A DNA stretch of 43,446 nucleotides from Catajapyx aquilonaris (lineage: Eukaryota), in NCBI GenBank assembly GCA_000934665.2, contig JYFJ02000337.1, positions 124,001 to 167,446 on the forward strand, given 5' to 3'. Numbering within the stretch: position 1 is the first letter of the stretch; every line of letters begins with the position of its first letter. Made by a program: the position numbers and the translations under genes. The notes beneath the pieces were generated by a model. It made no database searches, was not told the DNA's origin, and saw only the letters and a program-made list of their open reading frames with translations. Below are positions 1 to 15,370 of this stretch, in pieces.

Positions 1-168
1 TAAGCTAGCACCAACTAGCAGGGCAAGGAAAATAAATTCCACCCAATGGCAGTAACAAAGTATTGTCTCTTGAACATTAGTAAGATTATTGAGCTTGAGT
101 TATGGTAGATTTACCTAAATTAATACATTCAGATGGCAAATAAATGTACGATTTTTACGTCATTGCAG

Positions 169-939
169 GTTCCATTTCCAGCAGGCGATGTGAACAACAA
201 CCATTCCCGACTGATGAATGGCCTGCAGCTGATCCCAAGCCGGCTGCCTAGTGGTGAACTTGCTCTTCTCCTGCCCAGTGGAACTCACATGAATGGGGTT
301 CTTCCCTTCTTCTCTCCTGCAACCACCACCACTGCAACATCCACCGCAACAGCAGCCACTGCACCTGCAATTCCTACTGCCACTATCACAAGTGCCACCA
401 TCAATGACCGCTCACATCCAAGTGCCTTCACTGCTGTGCTCCGCTGCCAAAGTCCACTCTCTACCAGCAGTGGGACCGAATCCCAGTCACCTAAGCAGGC
501 TGCCAGTCCTACATCGTCAGCACCACTCTCCGGTTCAGACACTGATGTCAGATACTCAGGAACAGCCACCATAACATCGGCTGGAAATGCATTTCACTTC
601 CCAGATGCCCCATGTGTCAATGATACTGCATTTCCAAGCACATCATGGAGCAATGAATCGCGGCAGAGCAAGGTCATTGTCAACCACGTGAACCACAACA
701 ATGCTGAAAACAAGGACCCACTCGACTTTTCCATCAAGGGCATGAAGCGGCCAGCTGATGAAGTGCCGGACGGTGCTCCTCCTATCAAGATGGAGAAGGC
801 CGCATTGCCATACGTGGGCATGCGTGAGAATGCAAAGGTGGTGCGAGTGGAGCCTCTCAGGCCTCAAAGGTACCTTCTGGTGCAGGACTTGTCCCAGCCA
901 TCCACATCGGCCAACAAGGACATGTGGAGGCCGTGGTAA
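169..939 (+). CDS. dpn: Terminal coding exon of a Hairy/Deadpan (HES-family) bHLH-Orange repressor; bHLH and Orange exons lie upstream of the window
   Basis: Acceptor cattgcag|GTT at 168/169, in frame with ORF 133..939. It ends in the Groucho-binding WRPW-stop. It contains GLQLIPSRLPSGELALLLP, the conserved hairy/deadpan block (closest to deadpan as I recall it), and a PLDFS CtBP-type motif at 718-732. The dpn versus hairy assignment is less certain than the family call. Confidence 0.85.
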   Translation, partial: VPFPAGDVNNNHSRLMNGLQLIPSRLPSGELALLLPSGTHMNGVLPFFSPATTTTATSTATAATAPAIPTATITSATINDRSHPSAFTAVLRCQSPLSTSSGTESQSPKQAASPTSSAPLSGSDTDVRYSGTATITSAGNAFHFPDAPCVNDTAFPSTSWSNESRQSKVIVNHVNHNNAENKDPLDFSIKGMKRPADEVPDGAPPIKMEKAALPYVGMRENAKVVRVEPLRPQRYLLVQDLSQPSTSANKDMWRPW

Positions 940-3560
940 AAAGTTGCCATTTGGACACCACTTAAAGCTGTGAAGGAGTACAAATCTGTCATGTTCCTGC
1001 TGACACTTGTTCAAGTCTGTGATCTTAAAACATTTCCCAATATTCCATGTCGTAGTTATCTCTCTTGCTTGCTAGGGAGGGTCATCTATAAACTAGCATA
1101 ATTCATATTGATGGTTGAGTGATGCTCAAACGACTGAGCTGCAAATGTGACACTTTCTTTTAAACTTGTTGAAGGATAAAAATTTATAAGGAGTTTGTTG
1201 TACTTGCATGTAAGCATTTATAGCCTATGGTAGGTGAAGTTGTTGAAGTTTGATGAGGTAATGGTGAAGAAGGGCTGAAGCTGAAACATCAATATGAAAC
1301 TAATGAGCAGCCTCTCACAAATATATCAGTATCAGTGATGACAAGATATGTTTAATTGAGAGCTTGTGCCTTTCTGTTTCTTGAATCTGTCAATGATAGA
1401 ACTGACGTTGCATACCATATTCATTAAGTTCATTAAAATTAGCTTAAATTCATTAAGTCCTCAACATCATGCTGATTTTTGCCCTCTTGACTCCTTTTGT
1501 TGACTTGCCCACACATGTAGTGTTACGGAGAGAATTTCTGATGCTTCTGAATGGGCTCCGTCATGTTTTGCTTTCTTGGCAGGCAGTGCAATTATCGAGC
1601 AAAGTAATGTAAAATTAACAAGTGCCAACATTACAGGAGAAAACAAGGAGGGCATGCCCTTTTAAGACATGATTTTTAAAATAAATACTGCAACAGATTC
1701 AACACTGGTTGATTACTTAGAGCACATCCGATAAATTTAGTCCTAAGTGATCAATTTGTGATCAGATTTCAGTTCCACTGTTATCAACCAGAGGAAGAGC
1801 CATGATGCAGTCCTGTTCTGTCTCATTAATTTCCTGAAATATGCAATGAAACTTCAAAAACTAGTGGAACTGCTTTGCCGATCAAAGAAGTTGGATGTGG
1901 TAACCTGTCCTCTCTCTGTAGTAAACAGAACTTTGTAGTTATTTAATTCGACATCTCCTTGTGCCATTACACTGAATATGCACATGCACTGGCATTTCAT
2001 AGAAAGTGATGATAATGCTGGGAAAAAACTGGATCAACATAATTATGCCCATTTGAATCTTGGAGTGGACTAGACTTTATTGCACCAAAGAGGCAAGCAG
2101 GAATCAGAAGTAGTGCTGATTTTTGAACATCACTACAAGACTGATATAAAAGCACCTGTGCATAAAACATTTTACATTTAATCCCACTTCGATTCTTGCC
2201 ACAATGGCTTCTGGCCAGATGTATATTTTGTTTTAAAATATTAAGTCACATGGGGACTATAAATATTTAAATAATTATTTATACAGGATTTTTCTTTTAC
2301 ATATGTAGACCAATACATTCCTATGCTAGGTAAGTCACGAATTCAAAATACATGCTGCAAGTATGTATTCAACAAAGCTAGATAATACTGTGTAATCTTT
2401 GGTAGAAAAGTAAAATGCTGCAACAGAACTAGCCCTCTTACATAATATATTATGGTAGCACACATTTGGTGCAGCTTAGAAACTTATCAGTGTAAAAAAA
2501 AAAAAAGAAAAGAAAGGGGTGAGCATTTACATGTACTGGACCCTCTTTCATGCCATACAAGTCTCAAACATATATGAACCCAAGTGTGCGAAAGGTGATG
2601 TTGTAGCATTCTTTTGATCATGTGCCTTTAATTACTTTGGAATGTAAAGTGGCAAAAGAAGGCTGCCTATGGGATTAAGAAAACATTTCAATATTGTATG
2701 AAGTTATTTTTGTGAGAGAAGTCCAGAAATAAAGCTTGGACCTTGTTTCATTACAACACTTTCTTTGATTTCTTATCAGGCATAGCTGCACTCTCGTATA
2801 ATTATACAATGTACTCTGTGCAACAAAAGTCAGTTTGCAGCCATACTGGTGCCTTTCATGAAGGCGAGGTGAGAGAGAATTTCCTCTAACGTGGATGTGA
2901 GCTGACTTTGGTTGCTTCTAGTATAACGTGTATATCATAGGATTTGATACAACTTGAAAGCCACAGGCTAAAGCATTAATGCTACCATGCATTGATGGGC
3001 ATTATCTGACAGCAGATTTAACCATAGCTCAACAGTCAACTTTAAAATATGATTTGGTAAGGAACTCTTACAACAAATAAATACCCTACCATAAGATATT
3101 GGGTTTGAGCCTTGCTGTGCCCTGGTCACATCCACAGGACATTACTTAAAAGTAAAAGTAACCCATGTTATGAATGGAAATGAGCAGCTGTGAGATTTTC
3201 ACATGTGTGAGCTAATTTTTTGTCATGCTCACGACAGTGTTCAGATCAATAATACATGACTGGCTTAATTTTTATGAAAAGAATCTAAAATCTGTCAGGT
3301 TCAATCACCACAAGGAAATTGTCAGATCTCCATAATACTCGGCCTAGAACAATTTAAAAAAGAGAAGCAGTAAATCAATTTCTAGTTTACAAAGTCTTTT
3401 GTCAAGGTCTCTTCATTTTTGATGAAAGTTTTCACTCTGCCAACAAGCAGGACTGACTCCTGCAATGAAATGCACATGCTGGCTGGAATCAAGTTGGAAG
3501 TAATTACTACCTCTGAATAACTCTGTGTCAATTATTCATAACTGGTGATTATTCATACTA

Positions 3561-3971
3561 CAGCGAAACCAATATGTAGCAAAAGCACTACGCTCTGCAG
3601 AAATTTGCCACAGCAAACTAGTTTCCTACGTACTGGACAATCCTTAACCATGAAAAAGAAATAACAACTTGGACGAAGTTTGTACACTTTTAGAACAAAT
3701 TTGTGGCAACTGCTGCCAAATTTTCACCAACCAGAGTGACTTTTCTTGCCAGCAAGCTACCCACACCCACTTTTTGCCCTGCTTCTGGTTCTGCTAAACA
3801 GCTTTTAATGTGGCATTTATTCCACCACATACAGGGTTTTCCTTATTGAGGAACTTTAAAATTGCCTCTGTTTTGCATAAGAAATTGGACAAGAATATAA
3901 GGAAATCTTACCTTGCTGCCAGGACAGCAAAGTTTTTGGAGATAAGTTTTTGCTACAGGCAGGTTTCACTG
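3561..3971. mobile_element. Degenerate Tc1/mariner-pogo (Tigger-like) MITE, copy 1
   Basis: TA|CAGCGAAACCAATATGTAGCAAAA ... TTTTTGCTACAGGCAGGTTTCACTG imperfect TIR. The last 21 nt are identical to 39431-39451. Confidence 0.6.
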
Positions 3972-4622
3972 CATATGGTCATGGCTTCATAAATCCCAGA
4001 AAAAAACAGTTGTTCTGAGTGAATGAAGTTACCCCAGCAGTCTACATATTGGCATTGACAGTGCAGGATGTTCTTAACTAGGCCAATATTCATGCTGCAG
4101 TACATTGTGGTCACTAGGGAATATTTTATATTTAGGTGTTGATGATACCTGGCCAATGAGATAATCGACTTCAAACACAAAGCATAGCATATCCAGGAAT
4201 GTTTGAAACCTTTTTACAGGGAATGTGTCCAAAACTGTGCTTATCTCTGCAACAGCCGGCTATTACACACGTGTTTTAGTCAACAGAGGAAAGAAGAGTG
4301 CAGATCCCACACTGCAGTTTGCAAACATGCCAGGATCTTCAGTTGTGTTTGAAGCATATTATTTCAGAAATAATGTGTTGTCCACCAAAAGACACCTAAA
4401 CACAAAGCGAAACGCAAGTGACAAATTATGTACCATAGAAGTAAGTCTAGTTAACAAACACCCTGCACGTTAGGAATCAGCAAATATAATCTGCTTCAAG
4501 GACAAACTAATATTAATTAATAGTCACATTCATATCAGCTACACACCCAGCATTCCACCAGTTGTACCTTGGTCAAAGCTTCAAAACTAGCAATCAGCAA
4601 GGCAAGCACTTTCATCAAAAGC

Positions 4623-7600
4623 CTAGGGAGAATTTCTCTCTCCCTGATTATTTTCGACTAGCTTTGAATTGAGCGCCACCACTGTTTCCACAAATGGAAA
4701 CCCCTCCATTGCCACAAAATCACATATGACAATGTTCACCCCCTTCGGACCAGGTCCCTGCTTATCAAGCCACTTGGCCGTAGCAGCATTACATGGGAAC
4801 CCACACTTCTCCTCCAGGTTTCCGCATGGGTGACGACACACAAAGGCAGCGTCAGGTGTGAGTATGCACTGAGTGATGTAGCAGAGGTCCGGGTTGCGAT
4901 TTTCTATCTGGCCCTCGAGGAAGGAGAAGAGTCCTGGGATTGACAGCGTGTTGGGCCATGGGTTCGGAAATGCACCTGATGGCCAGAAGTGAGCCATGCC
5001 AGTCGACACCCTGTAATAGCCATTTGTGTAAATGCCTTATATCCTAATAATGCAATAAAATATTCACTAACTTGTGAACAGAATTATGGGAAAGAAAATG
5101 AGAAAGTGGCAGTATTACACTCTGTGCATAAATATGGCAAGTATTCTCTGTAAGCACTGCATTTTGGAAAATGACTTTCATGGTAAGTCCATCCCGTTTC
5201 TAATATTTAATTTTATTGACAACTTGACTATTCAAGCATAGCTAAAATCCGAGCAAGCATAGCATTGTCTACAAACAACGGATGACCACATATTTCCAAA
5301 GCATAATTAGTAGAGAACGGATTTCTAGGTTCTAAAAAACCCTCAAATAGGTAGGCATTTAGGCCCTGAAAACAGTCAAAATAGGCTCTTAAATAGGAAC
5401 TATAAATCAAGCTGGTTCTAATTTATTTTAATTTCTACACATATTTACAGCCTACTCCTGGCCATTGAATTTTTCAGAACAGTAACGAACCAGCAGTTAT
5501 TCCCTATTTTCGTTGGTTAATCGCAGTTATTCGGCGACAGTTAAGATGCTCCCTCACGGGGAGCCGATATGGCCGATAGAAAATCCGTCGGGCCGAATGT
5601 AGCAGCTTATTTAACGGCTATTAATAACAGTTATTTCGACTCGCAATAGCTGTTAACGGCATATTACCCGGGATCTTGCCGATCAACCGCTTCTTCGCTT
5701 GTCACAAGTTGAAGTGGGAGGGATTCCTTGAACGGAAAACCTGCAGAACTCTCGAAAATCTTGCCGAATGGCGTGAAAAAGGTCGAAATAGGCACTAATA
5801 GGTGCTAATAGGCCATTTAGGTCCCAACACCCGAAATAGGCATTTTTAGGTTCTATAAAACTGCGATTTTAGAGGTCCTTGTGTTATGAAACGGATAGAT
5901 ATTTTGGTTCCGGTGTTCTGCCTACAGAATAAAAAGTAGGTAAAAACCTAGAAATCCGTTCTCTAATAATTAGCCTCCCACAACACATTTAATAATGTAT
6001 TTATGCACAACATTATTAACATGACATTGATGCTTGCGACAGACCTGTTGCAACATTTGAGTTGAGAATCATTGTGATGAATCACTTCAATATATTTCCT
6101 ACTCTCTGAAGAATAATAAGTCCAATTAATCGTGTCCTGACTCTGGTGACTATTGAAATGTATCCTAATTCTGTCTGAAGACATCTCTTGAACAATGCAA
6201 TTCAGTAGAATTGTTTGTTGACTTAAGTAATCTCATGTTACATCACAACTATTTACTTCCAACCCCCATAAACGATATTACCACCAATACTACTGTTACT
6301 ACTATTTTCTATACCTGTTACGGTAAATAACCAGCACCGCAGCTCCAGTCTTTGAAGCCACATCCAGGGTGAGGTTGTTGAGATGCTGCACAGGGCACAG
6401 AAGGTCCCCGAACAAAGCCACAATCTGGCCAATTAGCCACTCATGGTCATCAGCACTGACGTTGTAAAAATGTTGGAAGTCGAGGAAAACCAGCTCCCTT
6501 GGATGAGTTCGTGCAAACTCTAGCACTTCCAGGAGGACATCCGCAATGGCCGAGCCATACAAGCCATGAATTATGAACACACCCTTCTTGCCAGGCATTG
6601 TTGCCAGTCTTAGATCGAAGTATCTGCAAATTTTTGTACATTTTTCTTGTACAAGTTGCACACTTCAGAAAGAGTTGAATAATGGTAAGGAGTCAAAGCA
6701 TGATCCAACAACAAGGATTTAACCAATGGTGATTGACAACTGCAAAGTCATAATTGGTTCCCAGCAATCCAGCTGTGATGCAAGCCTCAAACACACAAGC
6801 AGTTGAGAAGTCTTCATGCAGATGATAGAAGCAACAAGGACACAGAGAGGACCACAATTCTGAAGGAGCAAATAAAGCCAATGAGAAGTAACCAGTGGCA
6901 CTAATAAACACTTGAGTTGAAGAATTATGCTTGGTGCCTAAAGAACGTGTTTCCTCATTCCGTAACAGAGTAGGATATTCTGATCTTTTGTGGGCATTTT
7001 ATTATTTCCCAGTGGCATGGACATGTTACTTGAATTTACATGAAATGTAATTTATAGATGGGTAATCTCATAGATAGTTGAATTAGTTCAGCATGTCTTA
7101 GTTGTAGTCCCCAAACATTGCCTCATTGCAGCAGAATTCCTCCAAGGTCTCTTTTTCCATTGTGGTAAATATGTCCCGCTCCCCTTGCCACCACCCACTC
7201 AGGCACTTTTTATCATCACATTATCACAAACCCTTTGAATGCAATGATCACAAGTTATTGCATAGTTGTAGGCATGCATTGTGTTCATTGCAACATCAAT
7301 TTATCAGGAAGTGGGTGTCACTAATGTACTGCTTGAGCTGGAGACATCTCCCATTAGCTCTAGTTAATTCATCCCTGGGTTGCACAACAAGGCCGCAGCA
7401 CCAATAGATCTGTACAAAAATTGTGTGTGCCACACTAGATTGGCACCACAAAAACCTATGCATTCATGCTGCCACGTATGGTGCACAAAAAAATAAACTT
7501 GAACATACTTGGAATGCATAAGCGCTGCACCATAACATTTCATGGTCAGTTGCAACAACTAAAGGCACAAGGACAGATTGCATCAATGCAGGATCTTTTT

Positions 7601-8412
7601 TAAATAGTCTGTAGTCATTGTTGCTAATTGCTTATGAAACAATTACCATATTATTTTGATGACATATAAGACACCCTACACCTATTCCCCCCAAAATTGA
7701 CTTAAAAAATTGCTAGGCAACCTATATGCATAAATGCTCTTTTTTCTGGAATATGATCTACTGAAATGAGGATGCGTCTTACATGCCCGCACTTCTTATG
7801 TCATCAAATGTGGTAACAGCCCATCCATTAAGGTTTTGCCAAAACGAGTTGGCTTTTCATCCCTTTTAAAAATTGTTTGCTGGATTTTTAAAACAGACTT
7901 TGGTGCTTCCAGTCCCAATACAAGCCTGCTACTATTACAAGAAGGGAAATCCACCCATGACGCAGCCATGAAAAGCATGTGCAACAAGCAGAAATCGTGC
8001 GGAGCTGCGACTGGGCTGGGAATTAGTCCCTGTCCTACCTGATCCCTTGGCGCAACTGCTCCGTAACAGTCGTCCTCTGCGTGACAGACCACTTGTACAC
8101 TATGGGTTTGACAATTACCCCGCAAGCCCTTGCAACTCCCCGTATCCAATCCGGCTCATCAGGTCCAACCGGCGTGGACGTGCTAAGCGAGTACGTACAC
8201 GAGTCATGAGAACCTGAAACAAGCGTAACATTACAACACTGTAGTGTGGCCGGCAACAAGTGTACCAGCAGTATACCAGGTATGGTGAGCCTGTTGACCG
8301 GCATGTGCCTGAGCTCATCGGGCAGGTTGGACATCCAGCTGTCCCAGCTGCCTGGAGCCATCACCACCCTGGCTGGCTTTGCTGACCGTCCTTCTCCGGC
8401 TGAGTCAGACAT
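4623..8412 (-). CDS. PLCXD: PI-PLC X domain-containing protein (PLCXD2/3-like), 335 aa, 4 exons
   Basis: Exons 8412-8277, 8213-8039, 6623-6315 and 5010-4623 have GT-AG introns with consistent phases and total 1008 nt. Motifs: WMSNLP..L.IPGSHDS, KWSVTQ..EQL..GIRYFDLR, HGLY, HPRELVFLDFQHFY, WPNT, Q.ILTP, NIVICDFV. Confidence 0.93.
5311..5965. mobile_element. Non-autonomous hAT DNA transposon in PLCXD intron 3
   Basis: Perfect 21-bp TIR TAGAGAACGGATTTCTAGGTT, perfect 8-bp TSD ATAATTAG (5303-5310 and 5966-5973), subterminal AATAGG repeats, CpG retained. Confidence 0.92.
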
Positions 8413-8775
8413 TTCCTGCTCTCTCTAGCTGTGGTTCGAAGGAGGGCCAGCCGAGCCAGTCCTGCTCAGAGTGTGTCCACCCCCGGTTTGCGTGTGTGGA
8501 TGGTTCTGCAGGGCGGGAAAATGAGACGGGCTTTTTTTCTTTCTTTCCTTTCCTTTCATGACCCAGCAGGCCGGTCAAGGTTGTTCGAATCGATGGCGCG
8601 AGAATCTGACGCCATCTTGGTGCAGGCAGGCGCGCCTCGTTCAAAAATCCGGCTGCTTCTCTATAAATCTAAGCATTAAATTAATATTAAATTATACATT
8701 ACTAGAAGCAGAACTGGTTCTTAGTGCGGTCAAATAATAACATTGTGGAGATCCGAATTTATGGCACGGTAACCG

Positions 8776-9297
8776 GTTGCCATGCCAAGCCAGCAGCAGT
8801 TGCCATGGAAACCAAACCTCGACGAACAAACAAACTTTGCCCTTTTAAATAATATTATTAAGATATAGGCTACCATGGAAATATGTTGCCATGGAAAGCA
8901 AACCTGGACAAAAAAAAACCACACTTTGCCTTTTGCGTATAATAATTATGATAGGCCTAGGGGTAAGCTAACTCAGGGCCGCAACTGGGGGGGTGGGGGG
9001 GGGGTGGGGGGCAATTAGGATTCGATTTAAAAAGAGATGAGCGTTATGTTCTAAAACCTCAAGAATGAGATGAGTTTGTTTACACTAACGCAGTTGGTGG
9101 GAAATATTTCCCCACCAATGATCGTTCTAAATTCCATACCAATTAAAACTCAGCAGGGGGCGGGGCTAATTATGGTTGCCAAGGACACAAACCACCTCCC
9201 AAAACCCATAAGTTAGCTTCTACTATACCACATGAAAACATGTTTCCATGGTAACCAAAACATCGACAAACTATAAATACAAACAAACTTTCCTTTT
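8776..9297. repeat. Dispersed direct repeats each carrying an RFX X-box-like motif
   Basis: GTTGCCATGGAAAC at 8799-8812, GTTGCCATGGAAAG at 8885-8898 and GTTTCCATGGTAAC at 9242-9255, each followed by CAAA..GAC..ACTTT(G)CC(C)TTTT; weaker copies near 8776, 8868 and 9175. Confidence 0.65.
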
Positions 9298-11555
9298 TAT
9301 AGTAACAGAAATATTATTCATTAGTAATTGTATAGACATTACGGCCACATTATAAAATGTAGATGAAAGGTGGGTCTGTAGATATCGTATTTTGGGACCA
9401 ATGTTTGTCAGAGACGCATGTCAACAGGATGGGGTGCAGACGTCTGTAGGCTTGGTCTCACGCACGTCAGAGCCATCAGAGAGATGAAGCAAGACGGCGA
9501 ACGTTTCGTCCTCTCCAGGAGGAAAATGTCACGCCCAAAATGAAACTTGGCACTTGGGTGTGTTTACAGAAGCACCGAAACAAGGTTATTCGCGTCAAAG
9601 GATTCCAAAGTCTCGTGCAGGGACAATGTTGCCTAAATGTTATTCACCCACTTATGAATAGTTAAAAAAAAAGTATACAAAAAAAAGTTCGTAGTCAAAC
9701 CGAAGAAAGGACGTGCACGACACGAGTCTCGTTATAAGAATAAAGCACGATCGATAAGATGTTATCGAGGTTTGTCAGTCAAATTCAAGTCGCGATTCAG
9801 GCATATGGCATATGGCATAATTATGTAATGAGTACGAAGTTCTGAAATGCAGAACGATCAAAGAAAAGTTTTGATCGAAATTTTAGTTTGACATAGTGTA
9901 GTTCTCGGAATTGCGTACTCGCATTTCAGTCTTTACGACTGCAAACACAGCACTATGGATGCAAGTAAACTACAATTCCCTGGAATAATTTTTCCATACC
10001 TACCTCGACCGATGCGATGGTTAGAATGGTAGTGGATTTCAGGATAATGTTTCACAGCTCACGGTTTCAAGAAAAATGCGTTGTAATCACATCGAGTCAT
10101 CGAACCAACCTTAGCGATCGCCGATCAGTGAAACACAAAAGAAGAGGAGATAATTATTTATCGATGCTGTATACATATACGCCCTATTAGTTAATTCGAG
10201 ACAATGGTTCATGCATTCTTCTCCCACAGTTCCCATCGATAAAACGCACAGATTTAACGACACATCCAAGATAGCAATATTCTATTATATTGTTCAGCGG
10301 ATAACGTCCTCCCCTAAAGTATGTATACGATTTGAAAGGGATGTAATGGACTGTGCCATGAATCAAAGATGCAACCTGGTGTTACACAACGTCAGCATTG
10401 TATACAAATAAATGAGAAAACTACTGAATGAAAAAAAACAACACACACAATCATGCAGAATACATTTGATCAATATTATTTTTGGCACTTTAAAATTGGC
10501 GATTTAACCTCAATTTTCGTTCGCACAAAATTGGCCTTAAATGTTAGATATCGTACTAAGTAAAACAAAAACTATCAATGGATAACGACAAACGAAGGAC
10601 AAAAAAAAATCAATCGATTACAGAACCATACTGTTAGGTAATATTTGGCGTGTAAGTCATGTCCACGTCATGTCCGACAACATGTAACTAACTCCAACAG
10701 GATGTGTAACGATTATAGACGTTCGCACGCTCAAAATTTCCGATAACGAATAGTAAGAAATCCAAACACTTCCTTGTGGAAATCGACACGTCACACCGTA
10801 TTCAAACGACACGTCAAGAAAAATGCATCATATGCCAAGATTGCAACCATAAACATCGCCATATTTCTCCGCTAAAAATTATTGGCAATTTCAAGTAAAC
10901 AGCCTCACATGGTCAGCTCTACTTAACTAAGCCAAATTACCCTTTAAAAATAGTACTTAAAAATTTGAGCCGTGCTAGAAAACGAGGTCACAAATAGTCC
11001 GCCCCGTTTGTTTGTTAACCTTGCCCACACCATAATATGCGTCATCGAAGAGCCTTGAAAGGCTCATGCTGTTGGAGGACGGAAGAGGTCACGGACAATA
11101 TAAGAAGTCAACTTCTCACATTATAAAGAAAGCCACCTTTTTTATTCCTCTCACTTTACCGTCCGTTTACGACCAGTTTACATAACCCGGTTTTCCAACC
11201 ATAAAAGCTGCATAGTGGCGCCGGCGCCTCTATACCATCACCTGAAAAAACTCTGCACATGTCCATTGAGGGTCTGTTGTATTGATTCGCAAAACTTGTT
11301 TTTGGTCTGGCACAAGGCTTGCTGTGAGCATCATTACTCGATTGGCCCAGTTCCCAAATAAGAGGAGAGGCCGGCTATAAATACTGGTCTAGTTTTGCTG
11401 TTGGTTTTTAGAACGGTGAGACATGGTCCAGTGACAAGGTTGGGGGGATATGGTGGACATGCGGTTGGAGATACGCTGGACATCTTCACATCACTTCTCG
11501 GAACTTGCGAGGTGGGCCGCACTGTTGGGACAATAGCGGTGGGGCCTGGTGGACA

Positions 11556-14396
<2,841 letters not shown>

Positions 14397-14697
14397 TGTG
14401 AAAAGCTCGGTATTATTTTTGTAACATTAATCATATATATTAATTTTCTGGGAGAGGAATACAAAGATATGTTGACAATTACAAGTTGACAGTATATGCT
14501 TGAAAGAAACAATGCACTGCAAGAGGTATGCTCTACTTTCAGCAAGCTTTATATGCACAAGGCAATGCTGGTGATGTACTTTCAAACAATTGGAAATTAT
14601 CATTGTTTTGTCACAATCTGGTATGTGCTTCCACGTATTTTAACATTCAGAGTTGTGTGTGAATTGGTGATTTGATGTACCAGCATCTACAGCCTCC

Positions 14698-14703
14698 AAT
14701 AAA
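14698..14703 (+). promoter_or_regulatory. Candidate polyadenylation signal of PFKFB
   Basis: AATAAA about 300 nt after the stop codon, followed by U/GU-rich sequence. Confidence 0.5.
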
Positions 14704-14804
14704 TCTGCACAGATCTACTGCTGTTTTGACTATCTGTTAACAATTTTTTAAAGAAATCCAAAAGGGATCACAAAAGCAAATGCAATCACAGTTGGTAAAA
14801 ATTT

Positions 14805-14810
14805 TTTATT
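14805..14810 (-). promoter_or_regulatory. Candidate polyadenylation signal of CCDC47
   Basis: TTTATT on the + strand (AATAAA on -) about 560 nt after the stop codon. Confidence 0.45.
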
Positions 14811-15370
14811 GCATGGATACCATGCTGCGACTAGTCAAGAGAAAAATGCGACACGCAAGTTATGAAAAGAGAACACAACTCCCCCATGCACATTTTTTTA
14901 AAGTTTATGAAATAACATTCAGTGTAGAAGGTGGTATGGAAGAAATTTTTTCCAAAATATGGGCTCACCATAAGTGATACAAAAAGGGATTCAAAATTGT
15001 TGCATAGTTCCTTACAAAAATGCAACAAGTAGTGGGCTGGAAGCACATTTCCTGTAACCAAAATGTTCAAGATGAATGAAACTGTCATAAATGGCGTACA
15101 CACTATTTCATAAAAACAGTTCAACACAAAGTTATATTATACTCATATCATTAACATGCTTGCCAGCAGTTATGATGTAATGCTCTCTGGTCGTTGTACA
15201 TTACAATCCTCCTCCAAACAACACTCCTGAGAATTACAAAACACATAAGAAAATGTGTGGCGCATCTTACGCCAAAAATTAAGTAACTGTGAGGGGGGTA
15301 AAAGAAACAATAACTACTGCATGGCTTGTTCTGTCAATGGCAATAAAAAAAGTGCCCTTTACCTTCCTGC

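Noticed and set aside
133..168. ATG at 133 as the start of the WRPW protein
   Set aside because: The bHLH and Orange domains are missing and a good acceptor lies at 168; the first 12 codons are intronic.
8987..9011. G-quadruplex-like poly-G tract (also 30106-30124, 30397-30421, 32693-32717)
   Set aside because: Homopolymer runs associated with repeat remnants and prone to assembly error; no evidence of function.
9748..10620. Scattered ATCGAT(A) DRE-like promoter motifs
   Set aside because: Only partial matches to TATCGATA in a CpG-undepleted region, and no TSS evidence.
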